This document shows, in pieces, positions 17,926 to 26,854 of a stretch of DNA of 48,790 bases. Source of the DNA: Bdellovibrionia bacterium. Its GTDB lineage: Bacteria > Bdellovibrionota > UBA1018. Positions within the stretch are counted from its first letter, which is position 1; every line of letters begins with the position of its first letter. Under the pieces are notes generated by a model. The model was not told the DNA's origin and ran no database searches. It saw only the letters and a program-made list of their open reading frames with translations. A program made the position numbers and the translations under genes. The DNA lies in NCBI GenBank assembly GCA_045805065.1, contig JBJMMA010000171.1, forward strand, positions 1 to 48,790, written 5' to 3'.

Positions 17926-20056
17926 GATCAGTCTCCCCTTGTTTCGCAGCTTCCGACTTTTGCGCTTTTGCTACAACCGGTAATATCACGGAAAAGCGAG
18001 TAAATCTGCCCTCTTCTGAGGCAACCTCAATCCTTCCGCGATGGGCTTCGATGATTTTCTGCGAAATCGAAAGCCCAAGGCCTGTTCCGCTCGGAGTCGT
18101 CGTAAAGAATGGGATAAACAGCTTATCTAAGTTCTCTTTCTTGATGCCATGGCCGGTATCTTCCACCGAAACCAAAGCCTCAGAAAGCTCCGTTGATCCG
18201 CCTCCCTCAACTCGTACACGAATGAGCTTCTCGCGCGTTGAGTTTCCGCGGTTTTCAATGGCACGCACGCTGTTTTGAATCAGATTGATCAGAACTTGCT
18301 GGATCTGCTCAGGCTGGGCCATGACCTGAGCGGCGTTGGCCTCTTCCGATTCACACTCCAGTTGAAGACTGATATCGGCGGGAATCGCTGGCCGCATCTT
18401 CTCCACTGTTTTTTCGACCAAAGGCTTGAGCTCAACCGGCCTCAAGTCCAAAGCTGCAGGCTTTGAGTAATCCAGAAACTGAGTGACCACGCGATTCAGG
18501 CGATCGGTCTCTTCGATGATGATCTTCAAGAAGCGACTCTCAGGGCGCGACTCATCTCCCGAGTCGGGCTCAAGAAACTGCGCAGCTCCTTTGATAGCTC
18601 CCAATGGATTTCTGATCTCATGCGCAAGACCCGCAGCCATTTCACCGAGCGCTGCCAGGCGCTCTTTTTCGCGTTGCCTGACAAAGATCTCCAGGCTTCG
18701 CATCGTCTCAGCAGCCTGTTCAAAGTAAGGATAAATCTGAGGCAAAAGCCCCCAATTATTTCCCCACGGCTCAGGAGGCGATGAGACTCCCAGAACGACA
18801 AATCCCAGGATCGTCTCGTGATCAAAGAGCGGAATCAGCAAATTAGCATGCAACGCCCGGAGTCCCTGAATCAGGCCGGTCACATATTCACGCTGCTTGC
18901 GACTCGTCGAGCGATCGATTTCGTTCTGAAGAAACTGATCGAGCAAAACGGGCAGATCCCCTTTTTGATGAATTCTTCGGCAATGATCCACCATGGGATG
19001 CGTAACCAGAACTTCACGAAGTGAGGGCCGCTCCTCCTCGCGCTGCGGGACTGCCCCTAGCATGCGCACGCGGCGGTAACGAGTCCCATCGGGACGAAGC
19101 ACATAGAGCGCGCACCACTCGGGCTGAAGCGTGAGCTCCACGGTATTTAAAACCGATTGAAAAAATGTCGCGGGATCCGTGATGCCGATCAGATGGCGTT
19201 GCGCCTGCCTGAGCGTCAGCTCGAGTCTGCGATACTTTTGAGTCAGCAAACGCCGGGTGAGATAACCCACCATGGTCCGGATGGGCTCCAAAAGCATGAG
19301 CAGAAGAAACGAGACAATGAAGGAGTTCAGGAAAAAGAGCGCCGTATTGTGTTCGATGTAGGCAAAAATCAGCGAGTAAACGATTGTCAGCGTGAAAGCG
19401 ATCGTCAGCAAGACGAGAAAACGCGAGAAAAGAGCGCCGAAGTTCAACAAGCGCTGACGGGACACGGCCTGACTCAGAAAGAAGAGATAGACCGTGAGAG
19501 CCAGGTTCCCGACCGATGGCGTGACAGGCCCCATCCATGGCGCATGGTCCAGGCTGGAAAGAGCCAGAACAAAGAGCCCCCCGAAATAAATCAGGTTTCG
19601 TCTGGGAGGGGCATGTCCCTGGCGCTCCTGCCTGAAATCCAGCCACATGAGCTGGAGAATCTGGAGCACGACCATGCCCGGAAAGAAGTACATGATCTGA
19701 AGGACGACCGGGATCCTCTCGTAATGGAATCCGAGCGCGATGCTCAACAAGCTTGCCCCTACGATCGCAGCTGCCAGGATCCAGCGACTGAGCCGATCCT
19801 CCATCCGGACCATGCTGCGGATGAAGGCAAGGCCTGCCGGCGCCATCCAAAGATTCATCAATAAATGGATTTTATAGAACAATTCCGAGTCATAGAGCTT
19901 GGCCAGAAAGAAGAACAAGGCCCAGCCCGAGATGACCGTCGTCAGAATGGCGAACATCAGGAACAGCTTGTTCCTAACGTTCCTGGCCAGGACGGCCGAA
20001 CCGATAGCGAAGCTGGTGATCGCGACAAGCAGTGAGGATTGACCCAAAACGTCCAT
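17915..20056 (-). CDS. Multi-TM sensor histidine kinase with GAF-like region
   Basis: About 8 TM segments; H-box GEMAAGLAHEIRNPL; NLIQNS, DTGHGI, FFTT, GTGLGL. Alternative start 20074. Confidence 0.92.
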   Translation of the reverse strand: MDVLGQSSLLVAITSFAIGSAVLARNVRNKLFLMFAILTTVISGWALFFFLAKLYDSELFYKIHLLMNLWMAPAGLAFIRSMVRMEDRLSRWILAAAIVGASLLSIALGFHYERIPVVLQIMYFFPGMVVLQILQLMWLDFRQERQGHAPPRRNLIYFGGLFVLALSSLDHAPWMGPVTPSVGNLALTVYLFFLSQAVSRQRLLNFGALFSRFLVLLTIAFTLTIVYSLIFAYIEHNTALFFLNSFIVSFLLLMLLEPIRTMVGYLTRRLLTQKYRRLELTLRQAQRHLIGITDPATFFQSVLNTVELTLQPEWCALYVLRPDGTRYRRVRMLGAVPQREEERPSLREVLVTHPMVDHCRRIHQKGDLPVLLDQFLQNEIDRSTSRKQREYVTGLIQGLRALHANLLIPLFDHETILGFVVLGVSSPPEPWGNNWGLLPQIYPYFEQAAETMRSLEIFVRQREKERLAALGEMAAGLAHEIRNPLGAIKGAAQFLEPDSGDESRPESRFLKIIIEETDRLNRVVTQFLDYSKPAALDLRPVELKPLVEKTVEKMRPAIPADISLQLECESEEANAAQVMAQPEQIQQVLINLIQNSVRAIENRGNSTREKLIRVRVEGGGSTELSEALVSVEDTGHGIKKENLDKLFIPFFTTTPSGTGLGLSISQKIIEAHRGRIEVASEEGRFTRFSVILPVVAKAQKSEAAKQGETDRAR

Positions 20057-20082
20057 TTCTCTTGGACATATCACGTTTGTCC

Positions 20083-20109
20083 TTAAGTTCCAGCCGCTTC
20101 AGCCGATGC
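20083..20109 (+). promoter_or_regulatory. Putative sigma28 promoter
   Basis: TTAAG-N14-GCCGATGC upstream of an RBS (GAGGTG) and ATG 20134. Confidence 0.6.
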
Positions 20110-20133
20110 GCACTAAGTATGGCTGAGGTGAAT

Positions 20134-20661
20134 ATGAATTCTAATGTCGCTGCTGATCGGGAAGTTCGCCGCTATCGAATTAACCCGGTCGAAATGATCA
20201 TCCTTGCTACGATTGGCGGGGTGTTCTTGAACTCCATTTATCATCTTTTTTACGATCCGAGCGGGTTTCAACCTGCGGCCTTGAAAACCATGGCTGCAAA
20301 CCCGGTTTCCGAGGGTCGCTCGCCTGCGAGCGTGACCGGCGCTTTCCAAAACGCCGAGATTAACTGCTCCAGCAATCCGGAGCGCGCCACCTCGGCCTCA
20401 AAAATTCGACTTTTAGGCCCACTTTGCAACGGCACTGAAACCGTTGATGGGACTGCGGCAGCTACGCCGGATCCTCTGATCCGCACTGTCGTCACAAATG
20501 AAACCAATAAGTTCAGCGCAACGGTCTTTACCGACGCGGCTTCAAGCAAGTTCACTACGGATTACATTCCGTTGAACCCGGGCAAGAACCAGGTCAAAGT
20601 TGAGTTCGCTTACAAGAGCGGCAAAACCGTGACGCAAGACCTGGCCTTCTCCAAGTACTGA
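20134..20661 (+). CDS. Membrane-anchored hypothetical protein with C-terminal beta-rich (Ig-like) domain
   Basis: One N-terminal TM, GRSPAS linker, two Cys, IPLNPGKNQVKVEF strand pattern. Confidence 0.7.
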   Translation: MNSNVAADREVRRYRINPVEMIILATIGGVFLNSIYHLFYDPSGFQPAALKTMAANPVSEGRSPASVTGAFQNAEINCSSNPERATSASKIRLLGPLCNGTETVDGTAAATPDPLIRTVVTNETNKFSATVFTDAASSKFTTDYIPLNPGKNQVKVEFAYKSGKTVTQDLAFSKY

Positions 20662-20682
20662 CTCTATCCTCAGCCAAAATTC

Positions 20683-20718
20683 AAAAACCCGGTAAAGCCC
20701 TGCTTTGCCGGGTTTTTT
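20683..20718. terminator. Bidirectional rho-independent terminator
   Basis: AAAAACCCGGTAAAGC cct GCTTTGCCGGGTTTTTT between convergent genes. Confidence 0.85.
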
Positions 20719-20795
20719 CTATTTACGGTCCATGCTCTAAGAGCCCTGAACTGACCAGAGACCTGACCAGAGACTTGATCAGGGCCCGCCCAGGC

Positions 20796-21332
20796 TTACC
20801 TGGCCCGGCAAACGAGTAATTGGACTTCTTTACGGTCAGCTTCGATGCCCTTCAGCGTGTCGAGCATCCGGGAAACGCGGCCTTCCTGGGCATAGCCATG
20901 AAACGCCACCAGACGATTTGCGATATCCGTCAGGCGTCTTCTGGTCTTTTCACTATCTTTGCCTCCCTCACCCAAATCACGATGAAGATAAGTCCAATCC
21001 AGATAGGCTTCGACTTTCTTGAGCTCCGACTGAGACCAGGACTGCCAGCGATCGCGCTCGTCGTCACTCCAGCTCGAACTCAGGCCCGAGCTTAGACCCG
21101 AACTCAGCTTGGCGTGGGGTAGACTCGCCTCTTCCTTAAAGGAAGCCACTGCGCGCTGAGCAGCATCGGAGTTCAAATGAGTCTCTAGCTGCGAGATCGC
21201 ATCGGTCACGGTGTGATCATACTTACCGGTGCAGATTTCGCGCATTTCAGTGTTGCAGCTGCTGAGAGAAATCAGCATCAAACCTAAAAAGCCGTACACA
21301 CTGAAATGAAAAAACCGAGTTTGAGAGCTCAT
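20796..21332 (-). CDS. Hypothetical helical lipoprotein
   Basis: Lipobox LSSC; short SSGL repeats; GCCGATAG 9 nt upstream of the ATG. Confidence 0.7.
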   Translation of the reverse strand: MSSQTRFFHFSVYGFLGLMLISLSSCNTEMREICTGKYDHTVTDAISQLETHLNSDAAQRAVASFKEEASLPHAKLSSGLSSGLSSSWSDDERDRWQSWSQSELKKVEAYLDWTYLHRDLGEGGKDSEKTRRRLTDIANRLVAFHGYAQEGRVSRMLDTLKGIEADRKEVQLLVCRAR

Positions 21333-21494
21333 TCAAATACCCTATCGGCACGAATTGCCCGTTAACTTCAGTCAAAAATTTTGAAAGTTTAAGTCTTCGA
21401 AATCTCTAAAACTTTTCTGTCACAAACTTAAACACTCAACTGTATACCTGACTAACAAGATCAGACGTAACTCGTTGAAATCGCAAAAAAAAAC

Positions 21495-21521
21495 TTAAGT
21501 CGGCAGAAAGTTCTCCGAAGA
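21495..21521 (+). promoter_or_regulatory. Putative sigma28 promoter of flagellin
   Basis: TTAAG-N14-TCCGAAGA about 115 nt upstream of the flagellin ATG. Confidence 0.6.
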
Positions 21522-21535
21522 GTCTCATGTCAGCA

Positions 21536-21626
21536 GGCAGGGATTGCCGGCTGATGAGCAAGGCTGAAAGGCTGAGCATGGAGAAAGAAAAATTCACGGA
21601 GGACGAAAAAATGACACTCACAGGAG
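21536..21626 (+). promoter_or_regulatory. Flagellin leader with multiple CsrA-type GGA sites
   Basis: GGCA-GGGAT-TGCC hairpin (21536-21548), ATGGA (21578), ACGGAGGA (21596) and CAGGAG at the RBS (21621). Confidence 0.55.
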
Positions 21627-21635
21627 ACTAATTTT

Positions 21636-22469
21636 ATGGGTTTACGGATTAATACGAATATTCAAGCAATGTCTGCACAACGCGCTTTGGGCCTGAACTA
21701 TCAAGCTCAGAACAAGTCCCTCGAGCGCCTCTCTTCCGGCACTCGCATCAATCGCGCAGGCGATGATGCTGCAGGCCTCGCAATCAGCGAAAAGTTAAAA
21801 GCCAATATCCGCAGCATGAAGCAAGCTAGCCGCAACGCAAACGACGGCATCAGCTTGATTCAAACGGCTGAAGGCGCGATGAGCGAAATTGGCAATATCA
21901 TGATCCGCTTGCGCGAACTGTCGATCCAAGGTTCTTCGGACACGATCGGCGACACCGAGCGCGGCTTCATCGATAAAGAAGTTCAAAAGATGAAGGAAGA
22001 AATCACCCGCATCTCCGCTTCGACCGAGTTCAACGGCCGCCATCTCCTCGATGGAACCGAAAACGAGCTTGAGATCCAAGTCGGCATCAAGAACAGTCCT
22101 GAGCTGGACCGCTTCCACCTCTCCACGACTGACTTGAAGAGCACGCTGGATGCTTTCGGAATGGAAAGCATCTCCACGATGACCAAGCAAAGCTCCCAGC
22201 AGAACTTGGCAACGCTGGATGCTGCGATCAACCACTTGAACGAAAATCGTTCGACCTTGGGCGCTTTCCAAAATCGCCTCAACTCGACGATCAATAACCT
22301 GCAAGTCTACACGGAGAACCTCTCTGCTGCGAACAGCCGCATCCGCGATACGGATATGGCTGAAGAAACCAGCGAGATGACCAAGAACTCCATCCTCACC
22401 CAAGCCGGTGTTGCGATGCTTGGCCAAGCTAACCAGACCCCACAAGCGGTTCTGAAGCTTCTCGGATAA
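21636..22469 (+). CDS. fliC: Flagellin (short, 277 aa)
   Basis: MGLRINTN, ERLSSGTRINRAGDDAAGLAI, LGAFQNRL, SRIRDTDMAEE, QAVLKLLG. Confidence 0.97.
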   Translation: MGLRINTNIQAMSAQRALGLNYQAQNKSLERLSSGTRINRAGDDAAGLAISEKLKANIRSMKQASRNANDGISLIQTAEGAMSEIGNIMIRLRELSIQGSSDTIGDTERGFIDKEVQKMKEEITRISASTEFNGRHLLDGTENELEIQVGIKNSPELDRFHLSTTDLKSTLDAFGMESISTMTKQSSQQNLATLDAAINHLNENRSTLGAFQNRLNSTINNLQVYTENLSAANSRIRDTDMAEETSEMTKNSILTQAGVAMLGQANQTPQAVLKLLG

Positions 22470-22546
22470 TTCGACAACTGTGAGTGGCAGCTGAAGTAGT
22501 GCTGAAGTGGTCAACAACGCCCTCTCCAGTTGCGTGAACCCTGGGA

Positions 22547-22571
22547 CCCCCACGGCCGGATGCCGTGGGGG
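22547..22571 (+). terminator. GC-rich hairpin 3' of flagellin, no U-tract
   Basis: CCCCCACGGC cggat GCCGTGGGGG. Confidence 0.5.
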
Positions 22572-22639
22572 CACCGTTCACGATAAGATCGACGACCTCT
22601 TGTTTTTTTGCCCCGCGTCGGATAGTGCTCTCTCACCCT

Positions 22640-23368
22640 ATGACAACGCCTTCCGATCGGCTTCCGCTTTATCATCCTGACTATCGCTACCCGAAGTCCG
22701 AGAACATCTACTCTGATAAAAACGCTGCTCTAAAGGGCCGGATTTACTCAGAAAACGATACGGAAAACCTTCGCGGCAAGTGGCGAGAAGCCTTCCCTGA
22801 GCGCCTCCGCTCCCCTCAAACCGAACTTCATTTGGAAATCGGCTGCAACGCCGGCCACGTCTCCGTCGAATGGGCCAAGCGCAACCCAAACCGCGCCTAC
22901 ATCGGCCTCGACTGGAAATTCAAAGCCATCCACCGCGGCGCTGAAAAAGTCATCAAACAGAACGTCGACAACCTGATCTTTTTCCGCGCGCACGCCATGC
23001 GCCTCAAATACATGTTTGGTGAATCCGAGCTCGATCAGATCGCCCTCTACTTCCCTGACCCTTGGCCAAAGAAGGCCCATTGGAAGCATCGCTTTATCAA
23101 CCCTCAGCAGCTCAAAGACATCCACCAAGTGCTCAAGCCAGGTGGAATCTTCCACATCAAGACCGATCACCGCGGTTACTTTGATTGGATGGAAGAAGCG
23201 ATTGCCGAGACCAAGTCCCTCTGGGAAATCCACGATCGCACAACCGATCTCCACGCTGGCAACCCTGCCCCTGAGAAGCTCGAGATCCCGGATGTGACGC
23301 TTTTTGAAAAGCTCTTCATCAAGGACGGGATTCAGATTAATAGCGTTCGTTTAAAGGCGATTAAATAA
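22640..23368 (+). CDS. trmB: tRNA (guanine-N7)-methyltransferase
   Basis: LEIGCNAG, YIGLD, YFPDPWPKKAH.KHR, LKPGG.FHIKTDH..YF, T.FE motifs. Confidence 0.9.
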   Translation: MTTPSDRLPLYHPDYRYPKSENIYSDKNAALKGRIYSENDTENLRGKWREAFPERLRSPQTELHLEIGCNAGHVSVEWAKRNPNRAYIGLDWKFKAIHRGAEKVIKQNVDNLIFFRAHAMRLKYMFGESELDQIALYFPDPWPKKAHWKHRFINPQQLKDIHQVLKPGGIFHIKTDHRGYFDWMEEAIAETKSLWEIHDRTTDLHAGNPAPEKLEIPDVTLFEKLFIKDGIQINSVRLKAIK

Positions 23369-23425
23369 AAGGTGCCGCCGGAGGCTCCACTGGAGCCTCT
23401 CGGTTTGGCTGAGATGCGCGTCAAT

Positions 23426-23662
23426 TCAAGCAGCATCTTTCAATCGACGCAAACCATCTGCAATCAAAAGGCGCATTAAGACCTGATAAGGAACGCCTCT
23501 CTTGTTTGCCACAGCCTTTAATTCTTTGATTAGTTCTTCCTCGAGGGCAACGCTTGTGGGCTTACGACGAGCCCCTTTTAGTCGGCTCATTCCCTCAATA
23601 ATCTCGCTAGGGTCGAAATCAATCTTGTCGTATTCTTTCGAGCGTTTTGCGTATTTCTTCAT
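23426..23662 (-). CDS. CopG/RHH-type antitoxin (BrnA-like)
   Basis: PTSVALEEELIKELKAVANKRGVPYQVLMR ribbon-helix-helix; overlaps the end of the toxin gene. Confidence 0.8.
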   Translation of the reverse strand: MKKYAKRSKEYDKIDFDPSEIIEGMSRLKGARRKPTSVALEEELIKELKAVANKRGVPYQVLMRLLIADGLRRLKDAA

Positions 23663-23981
23663 AGAGCCCTCTCTCTTTGCGACTGGCAGGTCTTGCGCTG
23701 ATCGGCCGCACGCGACCATTCCGAAAAGTGAAAACCACAGAGACCAGCCTACTCGAAACTGTCGATCCAACCACACAAAGACGTTCTTCACTCACTTTGG
23801 GAGATACTTGTCTTCCAAGCGGAACAGCAGCTTTAAGTTCAAAGACTTCTTCAACTTCCCGAGCGCTAATCCCATGCTTTGCATTACTTTTAAGAGAGTT
23901 CCCCCGATCCCACTCAAACTCGAAAGAAACGCTCTCAAAGTACCAATAGGCCAGCCAAAGAACGAACTTGAACTGCCCCAT
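23619..23981 (-). CDS. brnT: BrnT-family ribonuclease toxin
   Basis: FEWD..N..K...KHGI....EEVF, EER...VG, VVFT.R...RPISAR.A..KER. Confidence 0.85.
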   Translation of the reverse strand: MGQFKFVLWLAYWYFESVSFEFEWDRGNSLKSNAKHGISAREVEEVFELKAAVPLGRQVSPKVSEERLCVVGSTVSSRLVSVVFTFRNGRVRPISARPASRKERGLYEEIRKTLERIRQD

Positions 23982-23995
23982 ACTACACACTGCAA

Positions 23996-24014
23996 TACAC
24001 TATACTAAAGTGTA
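23996..24014. promoter_or_regulatory. Inverted repeat; likely toxin-antitoxin autoregulatory operator
   Basis: TACACT-N7-AGTGTA just upstream of brnT, overlapping a TATAGT -10-like hexamer on the minus strand. Confidence 0.5.
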
Positions 24015-24071
24015 CTAATAAATTCAATGCCCTCATATGCCCGTGCCCTGATTTCATCGAAGAAAAGGCTG

Positions 24072-24332
24072 CTACTCCGGCAGATAACTCAAAGCACTCA
24101 TCAGAGACAAATGAACGCAGGCGGCACAACCCTCGCAATCCAGATCGGCCTCCTGAATCTCGCAGCCCTTCGCTCTCAACGCTCCCAAAAACTCCCGAGC
24201 CATCGCTTCAATTCGTGGGTCTTCAAGATTTGCCTCGAGAAAAATGGGGAGCACCCCAAGCAGCTCCTCTAAATCATAGGAAATGAAACTAAGTCTTTGG
24301 TTATCTGCGGTCTCGTCGTTTTTAATTTTCAT
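24072..24332 (-). CDS. Hypothetical protein with CxxCxxC
   Basis: 86-aa ORF; a sigma54-like GG-N10-GC (CGGTATACCTCATGCT, 24359-24344) lies just upstream. Confidence 0.5.
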   Translation of the reverse strand: MKIKNDETADNQRLSFISYDLEELLGVLPIFLEANLEDPRIEAMAREFLGALRAKGCEIQEADLDCEGCAACVHLSLMSALSYLPE

Positions 24333-24446
24333 GCCCGGCTATGAGCATGAGGTATACCGCTCCATTGCACTTAAAACATAAAGCGCGCATCTTACGCGAT
24401 TAGCAACAAGACCGTCAGTCTAAAACACAGACTATCAGAGTAACTA

Positions 24447-24851
24447 TCAAGCCTGCTTCCGAAGCCCAGCAAAATCCCAGATATCTTTGCCAGCTTTCTT
24501 AGCCCACTTGCGAAGCTTCTTGGCATCGATGTCTTTCACGTCTTGGAAGTGAATTTCAGCCGCTTCAAAACTTCCAGTGGCCTTAAGTTCAGGCTCATTG
24601 AATGCCTGACCATTCCAAAAGAGCAGGTTCACGCCTTTTTTGGGAGTGACACGAAAACCCACGACTGCGTTCTCCCCCACAAACCAGACAGGAAAGCCGT
24701 GATAGAGCTTTGAAGTAGTCTTAGGCAGAGTCTCTTTGAATTCTTTCGAAAGAGCGCGGCAGATTTTTGCATACTCAGGCTTCTGCAATTTGATGTAACC
24801 ACTGACCGTGGTCGCTCCGCCAGACTTCACTTTCGAGACTTTTTTTGTCAT
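24447..24851 (-). CDS. DUF1801/YdhG-like protein
   Basis: KLYHGFPVWF...VVGF...VNLLFWNGQAF.EP.L pattern. Confidence 0.75.
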   Translation of the reverse strand: MTKKVSKVKSGGATTVSGYIKLQKPEYAKICRALSKEFKETLPKTTSKLYHGFPVWFVGENAVVGFRVTPKKGVNLLFWNGQAFNEPELKATGSFEAAEIHFQDVKDIDAKKLRKWAKKAGKDIWDFAGLRKQA

Positions 24852-24905
24852 GAAAGCAATCTTATTCAGCCGCGCTCAACTCTGTCTAGATCTTATTTCC
24901 CAAGA

Positions 24906-25271
24906 TCACTTGTAACAAACCGCCTCGATATTATTTCCGTCAGGATCCAGCAGAAAGGCCGCATAGTAACTCTCTCCATGCTCGGGTCGGAGACCTGGCT
25001 CACCATTGGATTTTCCGCCCGAAGCGAGTCCTGCACGATAAAACTCATCAACAGACTTTCGCGACGGCGCACTTAAGGCAAGATGCATGTTTCGAGTTGC
25101 TCCTTCACTCCCTTCTGCATGGAGCCAGAAAAGATAACTCTCATCTGTCCCATAAGCCGTGTACTGCTCAGTGTCCAGCTGAGGACCTACTCCTAGCGCT
25201 TTCAGGATCGCCGTATAAAATTTCGAACTCTTTTCTTTATCTGAAACATTCAGAAAAACGTGATCGAACAT
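24906..25271 (-). CDS. VOC/glyoxalase family protein
   Basis: MFDHV.L.VSD, HLAL.A, NGEPGLRP...YYAAFLLDPDGNNIEAV. Confidence 0.9.
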   Translation of the reverse strand: MFDHVFLNVSDKEKSSKFYTAILKALGVGPQLDTEQYTAYGTDESYLFWLHAEGSEGATRNMHLALSAPSRKSVDEFYRAGLASGGKSNGEPGLRPEHGESYYAAFLLDPDGNNIEAVCYK

Positions 25272-25297
25272 AAGTGCACTTCCTTTCAGCTTAAAAT

Positions 25298-26077
25298 TTA
25301 AATGGTCGGTACGGATCCACCGTCGATGGTAAATTCGCTACCAGTGATCGCGCTTGCGCGATCAGAAGCCAGGAACGCGACGAGTTCAGCCACTTCTTCG
25401 GGCTTACTTGGACGCCCAATCGGAATTCCTCCCAGAGCCCTCATCAATTCCTGCTTGGCGCTCTCGTAGTCGACGCCGGCTTTGTCAGCAAGCCGATTAA
25501 CCAATGCGGTCGCGGCCTCGGTTTCGACCCAGCCCGGAGCAACGGTGTTTACGCGGATTCCCTGCGGACTCACTTCTTTCGAAAGTGCCTTGCTGTAAGT
25601 CGTAAGCGCGGCTTTTGCTGCCGCATATGCAATGGTGGATTCATAGAGCGGGAGCTTTCTCTGAATCGATGAAATGTGGACAATCGCGCCCGATTTCTTT
25701 TGAAGCATCGAGGGCAATAGAGCGCGATCCAGACGAACTGCCGATAAGAAATTGAGGTCTAAAGCTTTCTGCCACTCAAGCTCAGTCAACGCTCCAAATC
25801 CTCCTCCGGGGGCCGAGGAGCCTCCAGCGACATGCACAATAATGTCGGGAGCTTGAAAACTGGCCAACACTTCTTTCGCCACCCGCTCGCATCCACTGGG
25901 AGTTGAAAGATCTGCCTGAACAAACGATACCCGCTCGGAGAGTAAACGTTCGGGTTTTGACCGCGCTGTCGTCAGGACTTGAGCGCCGGCATCGACGAGG
26001 CGCCGCACGATAGCGGCACCCATTCCCTTTGTGCCTCCCGTAACCAGTGCACGTTTTCCACGAAAGTCGTTCGTCAT
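25298..26077 (-). CDS. Short-chain dehydrogenase/reductase
   Basis: LVTGGTKGMG, YAAAK, VNTVAPG; AAGGAG RBS before ATG 26077. Confidence 0.92.
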   Translation of the reverse strand: MTNDFRGKRALVTGGTKGMGAAIVRRLVDAGAQVLTTARSKPERLLSERVSFVQADLSTPSGCERVAKEVLASFQAPDIIVHVAGGSSAPGGGFGALTELEWQKALDLNFLSAVRLDRALLPSMLQKKSGAIVHISSIQRKLPLYESTIAYAAAKAALTTYSKALSKEVSPQGIRVNTVAPGWVETEAATALVNRLADKAGVDYESAKQELMRALGGIPIGRPSKPEEVAELVAFLASDRASAITGSEFTIDGGSVPTI

Positions 26078-26113
26078 AAATGGCTCCTTCATTTGTCTCT
26101 ATGTCGATACATG

Positions 26114-26141
26114 TATTTTAATACAGATCTGTATTAAAATA
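26114..26141. promoter_or_regulatory. Perfect 28-bp palindrome; probable TetR operator (second copy at 26203-26218)
   Basis: TATTTTAATACAGA|TCTGTATTAAAATA; the second site AATTCAGATCTGTATT differs by one base from the 16-bp core. Confidence 0.75.
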
Positions 26142-26257
26142 AATACAAACCTAAACTGGGCATGCAACCTATCGAAAACATGGCTATTTATTTGATTGTT
26201 ATAATTCAGATCTGTATTGTAATCCTTATAGGACGCCACTATGTTGCGAGACAGAAC

Positions 26258-26854
26258 ATGAAAACGAAAAAAGGCGAAAAAGAGAAACTCAGACGAACGA
26301 TTCTAGATCAAGCGATTGCTTACTTTAAGAAGCATGGGCGCAGTGGTTCAGGAACAGAAGACATTATGAAGCGAATCGGCCTGACTCGAGGCGCGCTCTA
26401 CAGCCATTTCAAATCAAAGGACGACTTCTTTGCACAGTCCGTCTGCCATGATTTAGGTCAGCTCGAAGAGAGCTTGAAAGCAAGATTTCAAAAAGACAGC
26501 ACGACCGCGTTGAAATCGATCATTGTAGATCACCTTTCGGAAAAAAGTCTCGTTGAGATCGAAAACAGCTGCGCTTTTACTTCGCTGAGCTCTGACATGC
26601 AAAGATGCAAGGCCACGCACCGAGCGCTCTACGAAGATTACATGATCAGAATTTATGATCTCTTCTCAAAAGCTCTGCAAGATCAGTTTCCCGAAGACTC
26701 CCCTGAAGAGAACCATGACAGGGCACTGAACCTATATTCGAGCTTAGTAGGCACACTCACCATGGCAAGAACGATGAAGGACCCAAAACGGGCCCGAAAC
26801 ATCTTGGAGTCCGGAAAGAGACTCCTTATCCAAAGCTATGTACCGAAAGCCTAG
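26258..26854 (+). CDS. TetR/AcrR family transcriptional regulator
   Basis: ILDQA...F...G......DIM...GLTRGALYSHFKSKD HTH; divergent from the SDR gene. Confidence 0.9.
   Translation: MKTKKGEKEKLRRTILDQAIAYFKKHGRSGSGTEDIMKRIGLTRGALYSHFKSKDDFFAQSVCHDLGQLEESLKARFQKDSTTALKSIIVDHLSEKSLVEIENSCAFTSLSSDMQRCKATHRALYEDYMIRIYDLFSKALQDQFPEDSPEENHDRALNLYSSLVGTLTMARTMKDPKRARNILESGKRLLIQSYVPKA

Noticed and set aside
20751..20786. 12-bp tandem repeat CTGACCAGAGAC x2 plus a degenerate copy
   Set aside because: Too short and low-copy to interpret; probably local slippage downstream of a stop codon.
21795..22574. 259-aa ORF antisense to flagellin
   Set aside because: Codon-bias shadow of fliC.
23663..23791. 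Extended 121-aa version of the antitoxin
   Set aside because: The extension lies inside brnT in another frame; ATG 23662 with an upstream GAGGG gives a typical antitoxin size.
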